Source: Azolla caroliniana (lineage: Eukaryota; Plantae; Polypodiophyta). Taken from it: a stretch of 46,787 nt of DNA. The notes below the pieces were generated by a model. It saw nothing but the letters and a program-made list of their open reading frames with translations, had not been told where the DNA came from and ran no database searches. The position numbers were made by a program, and so were the translations under genes. The DNA is taken from NCBI GenBank assembly GCA_043228905.1, contig JBHGNT010000238.1:1-46787 (forward strand), in the 5' to 3' direction. Shown here piece by piece: positions 21,335-32,475 of the stretch (positions are counted from its first letter, which is position 1; each line of letters starts with the position of its first letter).

Positions 21335-22200
21335 TGCGATTGTCCTTATGATCCCGGTGCTTGTCTCCTAATGGATTGTATTGACATTGCTCCCTCCACC
21401 TTTAATATATACACATGGCCATGCAATCAGAGCACATGCATGTCACTCACCACTCCCATTACCATAACGTGTGTGTCCCTGCGTACAACTCTTGCCCAAG
21501 ACCCATACCAACTAGTCCACCCTCCCACACGTCTAGGCTAGTCCTAGGTGTCGTATTGTCACCAGACAATCTGGGCGCAACCTGTGGCGGGTACTCCTCC
21601 TCCTCCTCGCGCGAGAGCTTGTCGAGCAACATAACATTTATACATACGTAGGTAGATGTGCGCACTCGCGCGTGCGCGTAGGGGTGTGCGGGCACGTGCA
21701 CATTAAACTAGCACGCGCTAGTGCCGAGACACTAAGCACGCGGAGGCTACTGCGGGACGAGTGGTGGCTCCCGAGTGTGCTACATCGATGAACGTAGATA
21801 GACCGGTGTCCGTACTCGCTCGTTCGGACGAGGGGTTGGTAACGACGACGACAAGGAAAGCTAACCGGACTACCACACTAGGAGTGTCCTATCGGGCAAG
21901 TGTGGAAGCAAGTTCACATTCGCCGCGTGTACAAGTTGACCTTAGCCGTTGCCGTGGCGTGTGCGGTATGGGTGGGTGTTCCGCTTTGATGTTTTTTTTC
22001 CGTTTGGGTGGTTTGCGGTCCCTATAGGCAAATTCTATACGTTGGTGGTCGTGTCTACGTTCGTGTTGGAGGGACGTTGGTGCTCGTGTTTACGTTCGTG
22101 TGGGTGTAATGCGCGATTGGGGAGACGCACTTGTTCGTAAACACTTACGAGAAATTAGAGAGAGACCACGAGAATAATTTGAACAAGGTTTATGTACTAT

Positions 22201-22986
22201 TTAGAAGCGACGAATACAAGCACGAGGGCGAAGATCGCACTGTTGGAGTAGGCGGGAGGCGGCGACGCCTAGAGCTCTTTCCTCGTCATCGGCCTTGAAT
22301 TGGCGACGTTGTTGACGTTCGTCCTCTTGTCGTCGAGACATGCGGTGGCGGCGTTCGTCACCCTCTCGTCGCTCACGGCTGCTATCTCTCTCGCGCTCCT
22401 CGTCCTCTTCCTCCCAGCTACGGTGTTCCCTTGATTGTTGGCCATGGCGTCGGCCTTCATCATTGCGTCGTTCCTCCTCGTCAGCATACAAGGCATCACG
22501 TAGGCGATCGCATCGATCTTCGGCGGGGATTCGTTCGACGTTCCTGCAGCACCGTTCCGAGGGTCTTGAGTATCGAGTGTTTTCGATCCATGGGGAGCGA
22601 CGTCCTTGTTCACCTTCCTCTCTTTCGGAGCGCTCTTGTAGCTCTCGGATCTGCTTGTCGATGAAATCACCGCACTCTCGCCTCAGTTCCTCGTCACGTG
22701 GCTCATCGCGACCACGGCTACGACGTTCCCTTTCCTCTTCGGAGTCTCTCTTGTTGTCTCTGTAGCGGCGCCCCTCCTCAAGGAACCCCTCACGACGTCG
22801 CTCGCGCCTCTCGTCATCGCACTCCCCCTCTCGGCGTCGGTCGCGCCTCTCCTCGTCAATGTCTCCCTCACGACGTCGATCGCGTCGCTCCTCTTCACGG
22901 TCCCGCCCTACAGACCTAGCATTGGCCGCGGTACACGCGGCGAGCATGATCACGGCCATGAGGAATACGGAAGTAAGCTTTGCCAT
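22201..22986 (-). CDS. 2S albumin-like storage protein, copy 14
   Basis: Protein identical to copy 1. Confidence 0.82.
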   Translation of the reverse strand: MAKLTSVFLMAVIMLAACTAANARSVGRDREEERRDRRREGDIDEERRDRRREGECDDERRERRREGFLEEGRRYRDNKRDSEEERERRSRGRDEPRDEELRRECGDFIDKQIRELQERSEREEGEQGRRSPWIENTRYSRPSERCCRNVERIPAEDRCDRLRDALYADEEERRNDEGRRHGQQSREHRSWEEEDEERERDSSRERREGDERRHRMSRRQEDERQQRRQFKADDEERALGVAASRLLQQCDLRPRACIRRF

Positions 22987-23852
22987 TGCGATTGTCCTTA
23001 TGATCCCGGTGCTTGTCTCCTAATGGATTGTATTGACATTGCTCCCTCCACCTTTAATATATACACATGGCCATGCAATCAGAGCACATGCATGTCACTC
23101 ACCACTCCCATTACCATAACGTGTGTGTCCCTGCGTACAACTCTTGCCCAAGACCCATACCAACTAGTCCACCCTCCCACACGTCTAGGCTAGTCCTAGG
23201 TGTCGTATTGTCACCAGACAATCTGGGCGCAACCTGTGGCGGGTACTCCTCCTCCTCCTCGCGCGAGAGCTTGTCGAGCAACATAACATTTATACATACG
23301 TAGGTAGATGTGCGCACTCGCGCGTGCGCGTAGGGGTGTGCGGGCACGTGCACATTAAACTAGCACGCGCTAGTGCCGAGACACTAAGCACGCGGAGGCT
23401 ACTGCGGGACGAGTGGTGGCTCCCGAGTGTGCTACATCGATGAACGTAGATAGACCGGTGTCCGTACTCGCTCGTTCGGACGAGGGGTTGGTAACGGCGA
23501 CGACAAGGAAAGCTAACCGGACTACCACACTAGGAGTGTCCTATCGGGCAAGTGTGGAAGCAAGTTCACATTCGCCGCGTGTACAAGTTGACCTTAGCCG
23601 TTGCCGTGGCGTGTGCGGTATGGGTGGGTGTTCCGCTTTGATGTTTTTTTTCCGTTTGGGTGGTTTGCGGTCCCTATAGGCAAATTCTATACGTTGGTGG
23701 TCGTGTCTACGTTCGTGTTGGAGGGACGTTGGTGCTCGTGTTTACGTTCGTGTGGGTGTAATGCGCGATTGGGGAGACGCACTTGTTCGTAAACACTTAC
23801 GAGAAATTAGAGAGAGACCACGAGAATAATTTGAACAAGGTTTATGTACTAT

Positions 23853-24638
23853 TTAGAAGCGACGAATACAAGCACGAGGGCGAAGATCGCACTGTTGGAG
23901 TAGGCGGGAGGCGGCGACGCCTAGAGCTCTTTCCTCGTCATCGGCCTTGAATTGGCGACGTTGTTGACGTTCGTCCTCTTGTCGTCGAGACATGCGGTGG
24001 CGGCGTTCGTCACCCTCTCGTCGCTCACGGCTGCTATCTCTCTCGCGCTCCTCGTCCTCTTCCTCCCAGCTACGGTGTTCCCTTGATTGTTGGCCATGGC
24101 GTCGGCCTTCATCATTGCGTCGTTCCTCCTCGTCAGCATACAAGGCATCACGTAGGCGATCGCATCGATCTTCGGCGGGGATTCGTTCGACGTTCCTGCA
24201 GCACCGTTCCGAGGGTCTTGAGTATCGAGTGTTTTCGATCCATGGGGAGCGACGTCCTTGTTCACCTTCCTCTCTTTCGGAGCGCTCTTGTAGCTCTCGG
24301 ATCTGCTTGTCGATGAAATCACCGCACTCTCGCCTCAGTTCCTCGTCACGTGGCTCATCGCGACCACGGCTACGACGTTCCCTTTCCTCTTCGGAGTCTC
24401 TCTTGTTGTCTCTGTAGCGGCGCCCCTCCTCAAGGAACCCCTCACGACGTCGCTCGCGCCTCTCGTCATCGCACTCCCCCTCTCGGCGTCGGTCGCGCCT
24501 CTCCTCGTCAATGTCTCCCTCACGACGTCGATCGCGACGCTCCTCTTCACGGTCCCGCCCTACAGACCTAGCATTGGCCGCGGTACACGCGGCGAGCATG
24601 ATCACGGCCATGAGGAATACGGAAGTAAGCTTTGCCAT
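23853..24638 (-). CDS. 2S albumin-like storage protein, copy 15
   Basis: Protein identical to copy 1; silent SNP at 24537. Confidence 0.82.
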   Translation of the reverse strand: MAKLTSVFLMAVIMLAACTAANARSVGRDREEERRDRRREGDIDEERRDRRREGECDDERRERRREGFLEEGRRYRDNKRDSEEERERRSRGRDEPRDEELRRECGDFIDKQIRELQERSEREEGEQGRRSPWIENTRYSRPSERCCRNVERIPAEDRCDRLRDALYADEEERRNDEGRRHGQQSREHRSWEEEDEERERDSSRERREGDERRHRMSRRQEDERQQRRQFKADDEERALGVAASRLLQQCDLRPRACIRRF

Positions 24639-25504
24639 TGCGATTGTCCTTATGATCCCGGTGCTTGTCTCCTAATGGATTGTATTGACATTGCTCCCTC
24701 CACCTTTAATATATACACATGGCCATGCAATCAGAGCACATGCATGTCACTCACCACTCCCATTACCATAACGTGTGTGTCCCTGCGTACAACTCTTGCC
24801 CAAGACCCATACCAACTAGTCCACCCTCCCACACGTCTAGGCTAGTCCTAGGTGTCGTATTGTCACCAGACAATCTGGGCGCAACCTGTGGCGGGTACTC
24901 CTCCTCCTCCTCGCGCGAGAGCTTGTCGAGCAACATAACATTTATACATACGTAGGTAGATGTGCGCACTCGCGCGTGCGCGTAGGGGTGTGCGGGCACG
25001 TGCACATTAAACTAGCACGCGCTAGTGCCGAGACACTAAGCACGCGGAGGCTACTGCGGGACGAGTGGTGGCTCCCGAGTGTGCTACATCGATGAACGTA
25101 GATAGACCGGTGTCCGTACTCGCTCGTTCGGACGAGGGGTTGGTAACGACGACGACAAGGAAAGCTAACCGGACTACCACACTAGGAGTGTCCTATCGGG
25201 CAAGTGTGGAAGCAAGTTCACATTCGCCGCGTGTACAAGTTGACCTTAGCCGTTGCCGTGGCGTGTGCGGTATGGGTGGGTGTTCCGCTTTGATGTTTTT
25301 TTTCCGTTTGGGTGGTTTGCGGTCCCTATAGGCAAATTCTATACGTTGGTGGTCGTGTCTACGTTCGTGTTGGAGGGACGTTGGTGCTCGTGTTTACGTT
25401 CGTGTGGGTGTAATGCGCGATTGGGGAGACGCACTTGTTCGTAAACACTTACGAGAAATTAGAGAGAGACCACGAGAATAATTTGAACAAGGTTTATGTA
25501 CTAT

Positions 25505-26290
25505 TTAGAAGCGACGAATACAAGCACGAGGGCGAAGATCGCACTGTTGGAGTAGGCGGGAGGCGGCGACGCCTAGAGCTCTTTCCTCGTCATCGGCCTT
25601 GAATTGGCGACGTTGTTGACGTTCGTCCTCTTGTCGTCGAGACATGCGGTGGCGGCGTTCGTCACCCTCTCGTCGCTCACGGCTGCTATCTCTCTCGCGC
25701 TCCTCGTCCTCTTCCTCCCAGCTACGGTGTTCCCTTGATTGTTGGCCATGGCGTCGGCCTTCATCATTGCGTCGTTCCTCCTCGTCAGCATACAAGGCAT
25801 CACGTAGGCGATCGCATCGATCTTCGGCGGGGATTCGTTCGACGTTCCTGCAGCACCGTTCCGAGGGTCTTGAGTATCGAGTGTTTTCGATCCATGGGGA
25901 GCGACGTCCTTGTTCACCTTCCTCTCTTTCGGAGCGCTCTTGTAGCTCTCGGATCTGCTTGTCGATGAAATCACCGCACTCTCGCCTCAGTTCCTCGTCA
26001 CGTGGCTCATCGCGACCACGGCTACGACGTTCCCTTTCCTCTTCGGAGTCTCTCTTGTTGTCTCTGTAGCGGCGCCCCTCCTCAAGGAACCCCTCACGAC
26101 GTCGCTCGCGCCTCTCGTCATCGCACTCCCCCTCTCGGCGTCGGTCGCGCCTCTCCTCGTCAATGTCTCCCTCACGACGTCGATCGCGTCGCTCCTCTTC
26201 ACGGTCCCGCCCTACAGACCTAGCATTGGCCGCGGTACACGCGGCGAGCATGATCACGGCCATGAGGAATACGGAAGTAAGCTTTGCCAT
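25505..26290 (-). CDS. 2S albumin-like storage protein, copy 16
   Basis: Protein identical to copy 1. Confidence 0.82.
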   Translation of the reverse strand: MAKLTSVFLMAVIMLAACTAANARSVGRDREEERRDRRREGDIDEERRDRRREGECDDERRERRREGFLEEGRRYRDNKRDSEEERERRSRGRDEPRDEELRRECGDFIDKQIRELQERSEREEGEQGRRSPWIENTRYSRPSERCCRNVERIPAEDRCDRLRDALYADEEERRNDEGRRHGQQSREHRSWEEEDEERERDSSRERREGDERRHRMSRRQEDERQQRRQFKADDEERALGVAASRLLQQCDLRPRACIRRF

Positions 26291-27156
26291 TGCGATTGTC
26301 CTTATGATCCCGGTGCTTGTCTCCTAATGGATTGTATTGACATTGCTCCCTCCACCTTTAATATATACACATGGCCATGCAATCAGAGCACATGCATGTC
26401 ACTCACCACTCCCATTACCATAACGTGTGTGTCCCTGCGTACAACTCTTGCCCAAGACCCATACCAACTAGTCCACCCTCCCACACGTCTAGGCTAGTCC
26501 TAGGTGTCGTATTGTCACCAGACAATCTGGGCGCAACCTGTGGCGGGTACTCCTCCTCCTCCTCGCGCGAGAGCTTGTCGAGCAACATAACATTTATACA
26601 TACGTAGGTAGATGTGCGCACTCGCGCGTGCGCGTAGGGGTGTGCGGGCACGTGCACATTAAACTAGCACGCGCTAGTGCCGAGACACTAAGCACGCGGA
26701 GGCTACTGCGGGACGAGTGGTGGCTCCCGAGTGTGCTACATCGATGAACGTAGATAGACCGGTGTCCGTACTCGCTCGTTCGGACGAGGGGTTGGTAACG
26801 GCGACGACAAGGAAAGCTAACCGGACTACCACACTAGGAGTGTCCTATCGGGCAAGTGTGGAAGCAAGTTCACATTCGCCGCGTGTACAAGTTGACCTTA
26901 GCCGTTGCCGTGGCGTGTGCGGTATGGGTGGGTGTTCCGCTTTGATGTTTTTTTTCCGTTTGGGTGGTTTGCGGTCCCTATAGGCAAATTCTATACGTTG
27001 GTGGTCGTGTCTACGTTCGTGTTGGAGGGACGTTGGTGCTCGTGTTTACGTTCGTGTGGGTGTAATGCGCGATTGGGGAGACGCACTTGTTCGTAAACAC
27101 TTACGAGAAATTAGAGAGAGACCACGAGAATAATTTGAACAAGGTTTATGTACTAT

Positions 27157-27942
27157 TTAGAAGCGACGAATACAAGCACGAGGGCGAAGATCGCACTGTT
27201 GGAGTAGGCGGGAGGCGGCGACGCCTAGAGCTCTTTCCTCGTCATCGGCCTTGAATTGGCGACGTTGTTGACGTTCGTCCTCTTGTCGTCGAGACATGCG
27301 GTGGCGGCGTTCGTCACCCTCTCGTCGCTCACGGCTGCTATCTCTCTCGCGCTCCTCGTCCTCTTCCTCCCAGCTACGGTGTTCCCTTGATTGTTGGCCA
27401 TGGCGTCGGCCTTCATCATTGCGTCGTTCCTCCTCGTCAGCATACAAGGCATCACGTAGGCGATCGCATCGATCTTCGGCGGGGATTCGTTCGACGTTCC
27501 TGCAGCACCGTTCCGAGGGTCTTGAGTATCGAGTGTTTTCGATCCATGGGGAGCGACGTCCTTGTTCACCTTCCTCTCTTTCGGAGCGCTCTTGTAGCTC
27601 TCGGATCTGCTTGTCGATGAAATCACCGCACTCTCGCCTCAGTTCCTCGTCACGTGGCTCATCGCGACCACGGCTACGACGTTCCCTTTCCTCTTCGGAG
27701 TCTCTCTTGTTGTCTCTGTAGCGGCGCCCCTCCTCAAGGAACCCCTCACGACGTCGCTCGCGCCTCTCGTCATCGCACTCCCCCTCTCGGCGTCGGTCGC
27801 GCCTCTCCTCGTCAATGTCTCCCTCACGACGTCGATCGCGACGCTCCTCTTCACGGTCCCGCCCTACAGACCTAGCATTGGCCGCGGTACACGCGGCGAG
27901 CATGATCACGGCCATGAGGAATACGGAAGTAAGCTTTGCCAT
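27157..27942 (-). CDS. 2S albumin-like storage protein, copy 17
   Basis: Protein identical to copy 1; silent SNP at 27841. Confidence 0.82.
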   Translation of the reverse strand: MAKLTSVFLMAVIMLAACTAANARSVGRDREEERRDRRREGDIDEERRDRRREGECDDERRERRREGFLEEGRRYRDNKRDSEEERERRSRGRDEPRDEELRRECGDFIDKQIRELQERSEREEGEQGRRSPWIENTRYSRPSERCCRNVERIPAEDRCDRLRDALYADEEERRNDEGRRHGQQSREHRSWEEEDEERERDSSRERREGDERRHRMSRRQEDERQQRRQFKADDEERALGVAASRLLQQCDLRPRACIRRF

Positions 27943-29508
27943 TGCGATTGTCCTTATGATCCCGGTGCTTGTCTCCTAATGGATTGTATTGACATTGCTC
28001 CCTCCACCTTTAATATATACACATGGCCATGCAATCAGAGCACATGCATGTCACTCACCACTCCCATTACCATAACGTGTGTGTCCCTGCGTACAACTCT
28101 TGCCCAAGACCCATACCAACTAGTCCACCCTCCCACACGTCTAGGCTAGTCCTAGGTGTCGTATTGTCACCAGACAATCTGGGCGCAACCTGTGGCGGGT
28201 ACTCCTCCTCCTCCTCGCGCGAGAGCTTGTCGAGCAACATAACATTTATACATACGTAGGTAGATGTGCGCACTCGCGCGTGCGCGTAGGGGTGTGCGGG
28301 CACGTGCACATTAAACTAGCACGCGCTAGTGCCGAGACACTAAGCACGCGGAGGCTACTGCGGGACGAGTGGTGGCTCCCGAGTGTGCTACATCGATGAA
28401 CGTAGATAGACCGGTGTCCGTACTCGCTCGTTCGGACGAGGGGTTGGTAACGACGACGACAAGGAAAGCTAACCGGACTACCACACTAGGAGTGTCCTAT
28501 CGGGCAAGTGTGGAAGCAAGTTCACATTCGCCGCGTGTACAAGTTGACCTTAGCCGTTGCCGTGGCGTGTGCGGTATGGGTGGGTGTTCCGCTTTGATGT
28601 TTTTTTTCCGTTTGGGTGGTTTGCGGTCCCTATAGGCAAATTCTATACGTTGGTGGTCGTGTCTACGTTCGTGTTGGAGGGACGTTGGTGCTCGTGTTTA
28701 CGTTCGTGTGGGTGTAATGCGCGATTGGGGAGACGCACTTGTTCGTAAACACTTACGAGAAATTAGAGAGAGACCACGAGAATAATTTGAACAAGGTTTA
28801 TGTACTATTTAGAAGCGACGAATACAAGCACGAGGGCGAAGATCGCACTGTTGGAGTAGGCGGGAGGCGGCGACGCCTAGAGCTCTTTCCTCGTCATCGG
28901 CCTTGAATTGGCGACGTTGTTGACGTTCGTCCTCTTGTCGTCGAGACATGCGGTGGCGGCGTTCGTCACCCTCTCGTCGCTCACGGCTGCTATCTCTCTC
29001 GCGCTCCTCGTCCTCTTCCTCCCAGCTACGGTGTTCCCTTGATTGTTGGCCATGGCGTCGGCCTTCATCATTGCGTCGTTCCTCCTCGTCAGCATACAAG
29101 GCATCACGTAGGCGATCGCATCGATCTTCGGCGGGGATTCGTTCGACGTTCCTGCAGCACCGTTCCGAGGGTCTTGAGTATCGAGTGTTTTCGATCCATG
29201 GGGAGCGACGTCCTTGTTCACCTTCCTCTCTTTCGGAGCGCTCTTGTAGCTCTCGGATCTGCTTGTCGATGAAATCACCGCACTCTCGCCTCAGTTCCTC
29301 GTCACGTGGCTCATCGCGACCACGGCTACGACGTTCCCTTTCCTCTTCGGAGTCTCTCTTGTTGTCTCTGTAGCGGCGCCCCTCCTCAAGGAACCCCTCA
29401 CGACGTCGCTCGCGCCTCTCGTCATCGCACTCCCCCTCTCGGCGTCGGTCGCGCCTCTCCTCGTCAATGTCTCCCTCACGACGTCGATCGCGTCGCTCCT
29501 CTTCACGG

Positions 29509-30248
29509 TGTCGTGAAGAAAACCGTCTATAGGCGGAATCGGCGCACCAAGGCGTGGGAACCGGTTCTTCACGCGCGCACGCTCCGAGTTGTACATAGAA
29601 ACTAATTGAGAGGATAATCGGCAGGAACGGGCCCTAACTCGGCGGCGTAACTACGCGGATCCGTGAAAAACGGAGCGGATCCCTGTCCAAAAGGGACAGG
29701 GAATAAAGCTGACACGACGGCCTGTTCGTCGGCCTATATAAGGAGCGGGAAAGAGCTGTTGCAGGGATCTGGCGCGGAGAGGACGAAGTGCTGTCGGACC
29801 GTTTCTGGACGCTTCGCTCTCTCTGTTTCCTTCCTTCTTGAGCTCCAAAGCTTTCTGTGCAGGGTTCCGGGGAGGCTCGCGCTGTTTCGAGGAACGCCCG
29901 AGTGCTTCCGGCAGCACCTCCGACCTGCTACCCCCCCCCCATTTCCCCGTTTGTGCGTCGAAGCGAACAGGCATCGGCATCTGTTCGCCGGCCTGTTCGG
30001 TTGCAACCAACCTGTGCCCCATCGGGGGTTGTAGTCGTGTTAGCCATTTTGTTAATACACATATTTAGTCATTCGCATCCGTCTGTGTCGGTGTCTGTTC
30101 GCGTTCTCCGTGCTGAAGGGCCGTGTCCCTGTGTATCCCCGGTCCTGCGTAGCAGGTTCTCTCTCTTTCTCCTCCCTCGCTTGCTCTTTGGTTCGAGACC
30201 CCCGCGGTCCCGCCTCTATTCCACACGCACTTGCGTAATATCTCGACA
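29509..30248 (+). repeat. 5' LTR (740 bp)
   Basis: Starts TGTCGTGAAG and ends TCTCGACA. Matches 35979-36777 except for a 60-bp deletion and one extra C in a poly-C run. TATATAA at 29735-29741. Confidence 0.97.
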
Positions 30249-30252
30249 TCTT

Positions 30253-30270
30253 TGGTGAACCCGACGTGAA
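30253..30270 (+). other. Primer binding site complementary to the 3' end of tRNA-Trp
   Basis: TGGTGAACCCGACGTGAA, 4 nt after the 5' LTR. It is the reverse complement of the plant cytosolic tRNA-Trp(CCA) 3' end ...TTCACGTCGGGTTCACCA (tRNA sequence recalled from memory). Confidence 0.85.
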
Positions 30271-30292
30271 AGAGGCGGCAGAAGAGCAGAAG

Positions 30293-32419
30293 ATGAGGGG
30301 GTCGGATCTCGCAGAGGCCATGGCTTCGGCCGTGGATCGGATCGTAAACGCGCGCGAGGGTACCGGTGCCCTCGACAGAGCTATTGAGGCGGTCGTCGGC
30401 ACGATCGGCCGGTTCGATGGGAGGGATGCCACGAAGTATCTGGCGTCCTACGGTGCAGAAATGTTGATGCGGGACATTCCGGAAGAAAGGCGTCTTGCCG
30501 GTTTTCCCCGAGTGGCAATGCCGAGCATCCATGCGGAGGTGCTCGAGGTGCGGGCGGAGAGCCGTACCTGGGAGGAGTTCGAAGGTCGGCTCCTAGAGAA
30601 ATACGGGCTGGACGACGCGCTCCGGCTTTCGAAGCGAAGGTTCATGGAATGGGTGGAGTCCCCGGGGAAGGGAAGAAACGCGTCGGCACTCCTCCGGGAG
30701 TTCGAGGAAAACTTTGCGCGCCTTTCGGCGCTCGACCGAACCATCCTGGACACGAGCCGGGTCTTGCTGTTTGTCAAGTCGGTCGACGAGCGGGATCGGG
30801 AGCAAGTGGGCCTCTTGCTGGAAACCGAAGACGGGCTCACTACCGACTGGGCGGCTGTCAGGAAGGTCTGTGGCCGTTTCGACAAACGGCGAGAATGGGC
30901 GGATAACGGGGCGACTGGGTCGGGCTCGGTCGCAGCAAGGAAGCTCGAACCAGCGCCACAGGTGCGCAAGGAAGAGACCCGGGAGTGGTTGGAAACCGGT
31001 TCGGCTTCGACCGGCGTAGTCAGAGGCTCAACCGGAGGAGCGGCGCTGGAGGAATTGACGAAGGCGATAAAGGACCTCCAAATCGCGCAGGCCCGAAGGG
31101 AAGGAGGCGAACCGGCTCGTGACCGACGGCCGGCGGCAGGAAACAGGTGCATGTGGTGCGATGAAGTCGGCCACGTTCGGAAGGACTGCGGCGACTTCGC
31201 GGAGGCGCTGAGGGACCGGGTGGTGTACCTGTGGGAAGGACGGGTGCATGCCAGCGACACCCGAAGGGCCCTGAGCCGAAACGACGGAAAGGGTGGTATG
31301 AAAAGGTTGATGGAAGAGGCGGCGGCCCGACACGCGGAAACCGTCCACTACTCGGCGTCGGCCGGCATTCGAGTCGGGGGCGGCGAGGCCCGAAAGGAAA
31401 GCAAAGCCGGATTCTGGCCGACGATGCTGGAAGGCCTTGCCGGTGCAGGGCTTAAAAGGGAGGAATCGGACCGTGCGGAGAAACGGGTACGGGAGATGAC
31501 CGGGTGGAGCGACCCGGTCGAGGAAAGGACGGGCTTCGTGGAAGCCGCTTGCCGGAACTACGAGGCTCTAGTAGAAGAGAAGCGGGTGGGAAAACCCGGG
31601 ACGACCGGGCCCTCACAACGATACGAGACCCGGTCCGGGCCACGACGGGACGAAGCCGGCAGGGCCGGTACGCAAGATAAACCCCAGAAGGGCGGGTACC
31701 GTCTGGGGACGGAGATAGAAAGAACCACGGACTTACGAAAGGTCCTGGAGGAACGGATCCTCGACAGCAAGGTGGAGCTGTCGCTACGGGAGGTGCTTGG
31801 AATCGCCAAGAAGGAGTTCCACGACTCCATCGTGGACTTGGTGAAACGGAAGAGGCTGTCAACGGAGACAGAACCGGAAAGACCGGTGGAAGCGCGGACG
31901 ACGCACCTAGACGACATGGCGCTGGGAGACGAGTGGGCGGAAAGCCACTATTCGAGACCGCACTGGGCCCGAGCGACCACGGAAACCCCGGTGAAGATCG
32001 GCGATGTCCAGGAACCGGTGATAGCTTTGGTGGACCACGGATCGGAGATCAATTTGATGTCCATGGACTTCTATAAGAAGGGCAAATGGCCGATCAACAC
32101 CAAGCACGGGTGGAAAATAAGGGCAGCAACGCGCGCCACCGAGGAACTGCACGGGGCCTGTCCGAATGTGCGAGTCAAGATCGGCGACGTCGAGATTGAC
32201 CAGCACTTCTTCGTGCAGGAGACGTCTTCGCATCCGGTCATACTGGGAGAGCCGTACATCACGGCGGCGCGAATGGAGACCAAGGTGCTGGACAATGGTT
32301 CGGCCTATGCGCGGGTCAAGAGCCAGGACGGCCGCCATTCGGTCCAGTTTTTGACGGTTAGGCCGAACCACGAGCGTAACCGCGACTCCCTCGGTTCCGA
32401 TAACCGAGAGGATTTTTAG
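30293..32419 (+). CDS. gag: Retrotransposon Gag-protease polyprotein
   Basis: First in-frame ATG at 30293 (the ORF track starts at GTG 30266 inside the PBS). CCHC zinc knuckle CMWCDEVGHVRKDC. Aspartic protease ALVDHGSEINLM ... VILGEPY. Confidence 0.92.
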   Translation: MRGSDLAEAMASAVDRIVNAREGTGALDRAIEAVVGTIGRFDGRDATKYLASYGAEMLMRDIPEERRLAGFPRVAMPSIHAEVLEVRAESRTWEEFEGRLLEKYGLDDALRLSKRRFMEWVESPGKGRNASALLREFEENFARLSALDRTILDTSRVLLFVKSVDERDREQVGLLLETEDGLTTDWAAVRKVCGRFDKRREWADNGATGSGSVAARKLEPAPQVRKEETREWLETGSASTGVVRGSTGGAALEELTKAIKDLQIAQARREGGEPARDRRPAAGNRCMWCDEVGHVRKDCGDFAEALRDRVVYLWEGRVHASDTRRALSRNDGKGGMKRLMEEAAARHAETVHYSASAGIRVGGGEARKESKAGFWPTMLEGLAGAGLKREESDRAEKRVREMTGWSDPVEERTGFVEAACRNYEALVEEKRVGKPGTTGPSQRYETRSGPRRDEAGRAGTQDKPQKGGYRLGTEIERTTDLRKVLEERILDSKVELSLREVLGIAKKEFHDSIVDLVKRKRLSTETEPERPVEARTTHLDDMALGDEWAESHYSRPHWARATTETPVKIGDVQEPVIALVDHGSEINLMSMDFYKKGKWPINTKHGWKIRAATRATEELHGACPNVRVKIGDVEIDQHFFVQETSSHPVILGEPYITAARMETKVLDNGSAYARVKSQDGRHSVQFLTVRPNHERNRDSLGSDNREDF

Positions 32420-32475
32420 AGAGGGCTGCCAAGGCGTGGGGCCGCGACAGTCCGGACACCCCGGGAAAACCCCAC
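32410..32475 (+). promoter_or_regulatory. Putative -1 programmed ribosomal frameshift signal (slippery heptamer + pseudoknot)
   Basis: G GAT TTT directly before the gag-pro TAG; pol lies in the -1 frame. After a 6-nt spacer, stem GGGCTG(32423-28) pairs with CAGTCC(32448-53), and loop GTGGGG(32436-41) is complementary to CCCCAC(32470-75). Confidence 0.75.

Larger units (their letters stand above)
1..29508 (-). repeat. Tandem gene array, left arm: ~1652-1653 bp head-to-tail units (gene + promoter + spacer), copies 1-17 and the 3' part of copy 18
   Basis: The same 786-bp ORF recurs at 678, 2330, 3983, 5609, 7261 ... 28809. Spacing is 1652/1653 except 1626 (deletion) and 1719 (66-bp duplication). 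Spacers are also near-identical. The array continues past the window start. Confidence 0.99.

Noticed and set aside
29702-29707. AATAAA in the LTR as a poly(A) signal
   Set aside because: It lies upstream of the LTR TATA box (putative U3), so using it would leave no R region; probably incidental.
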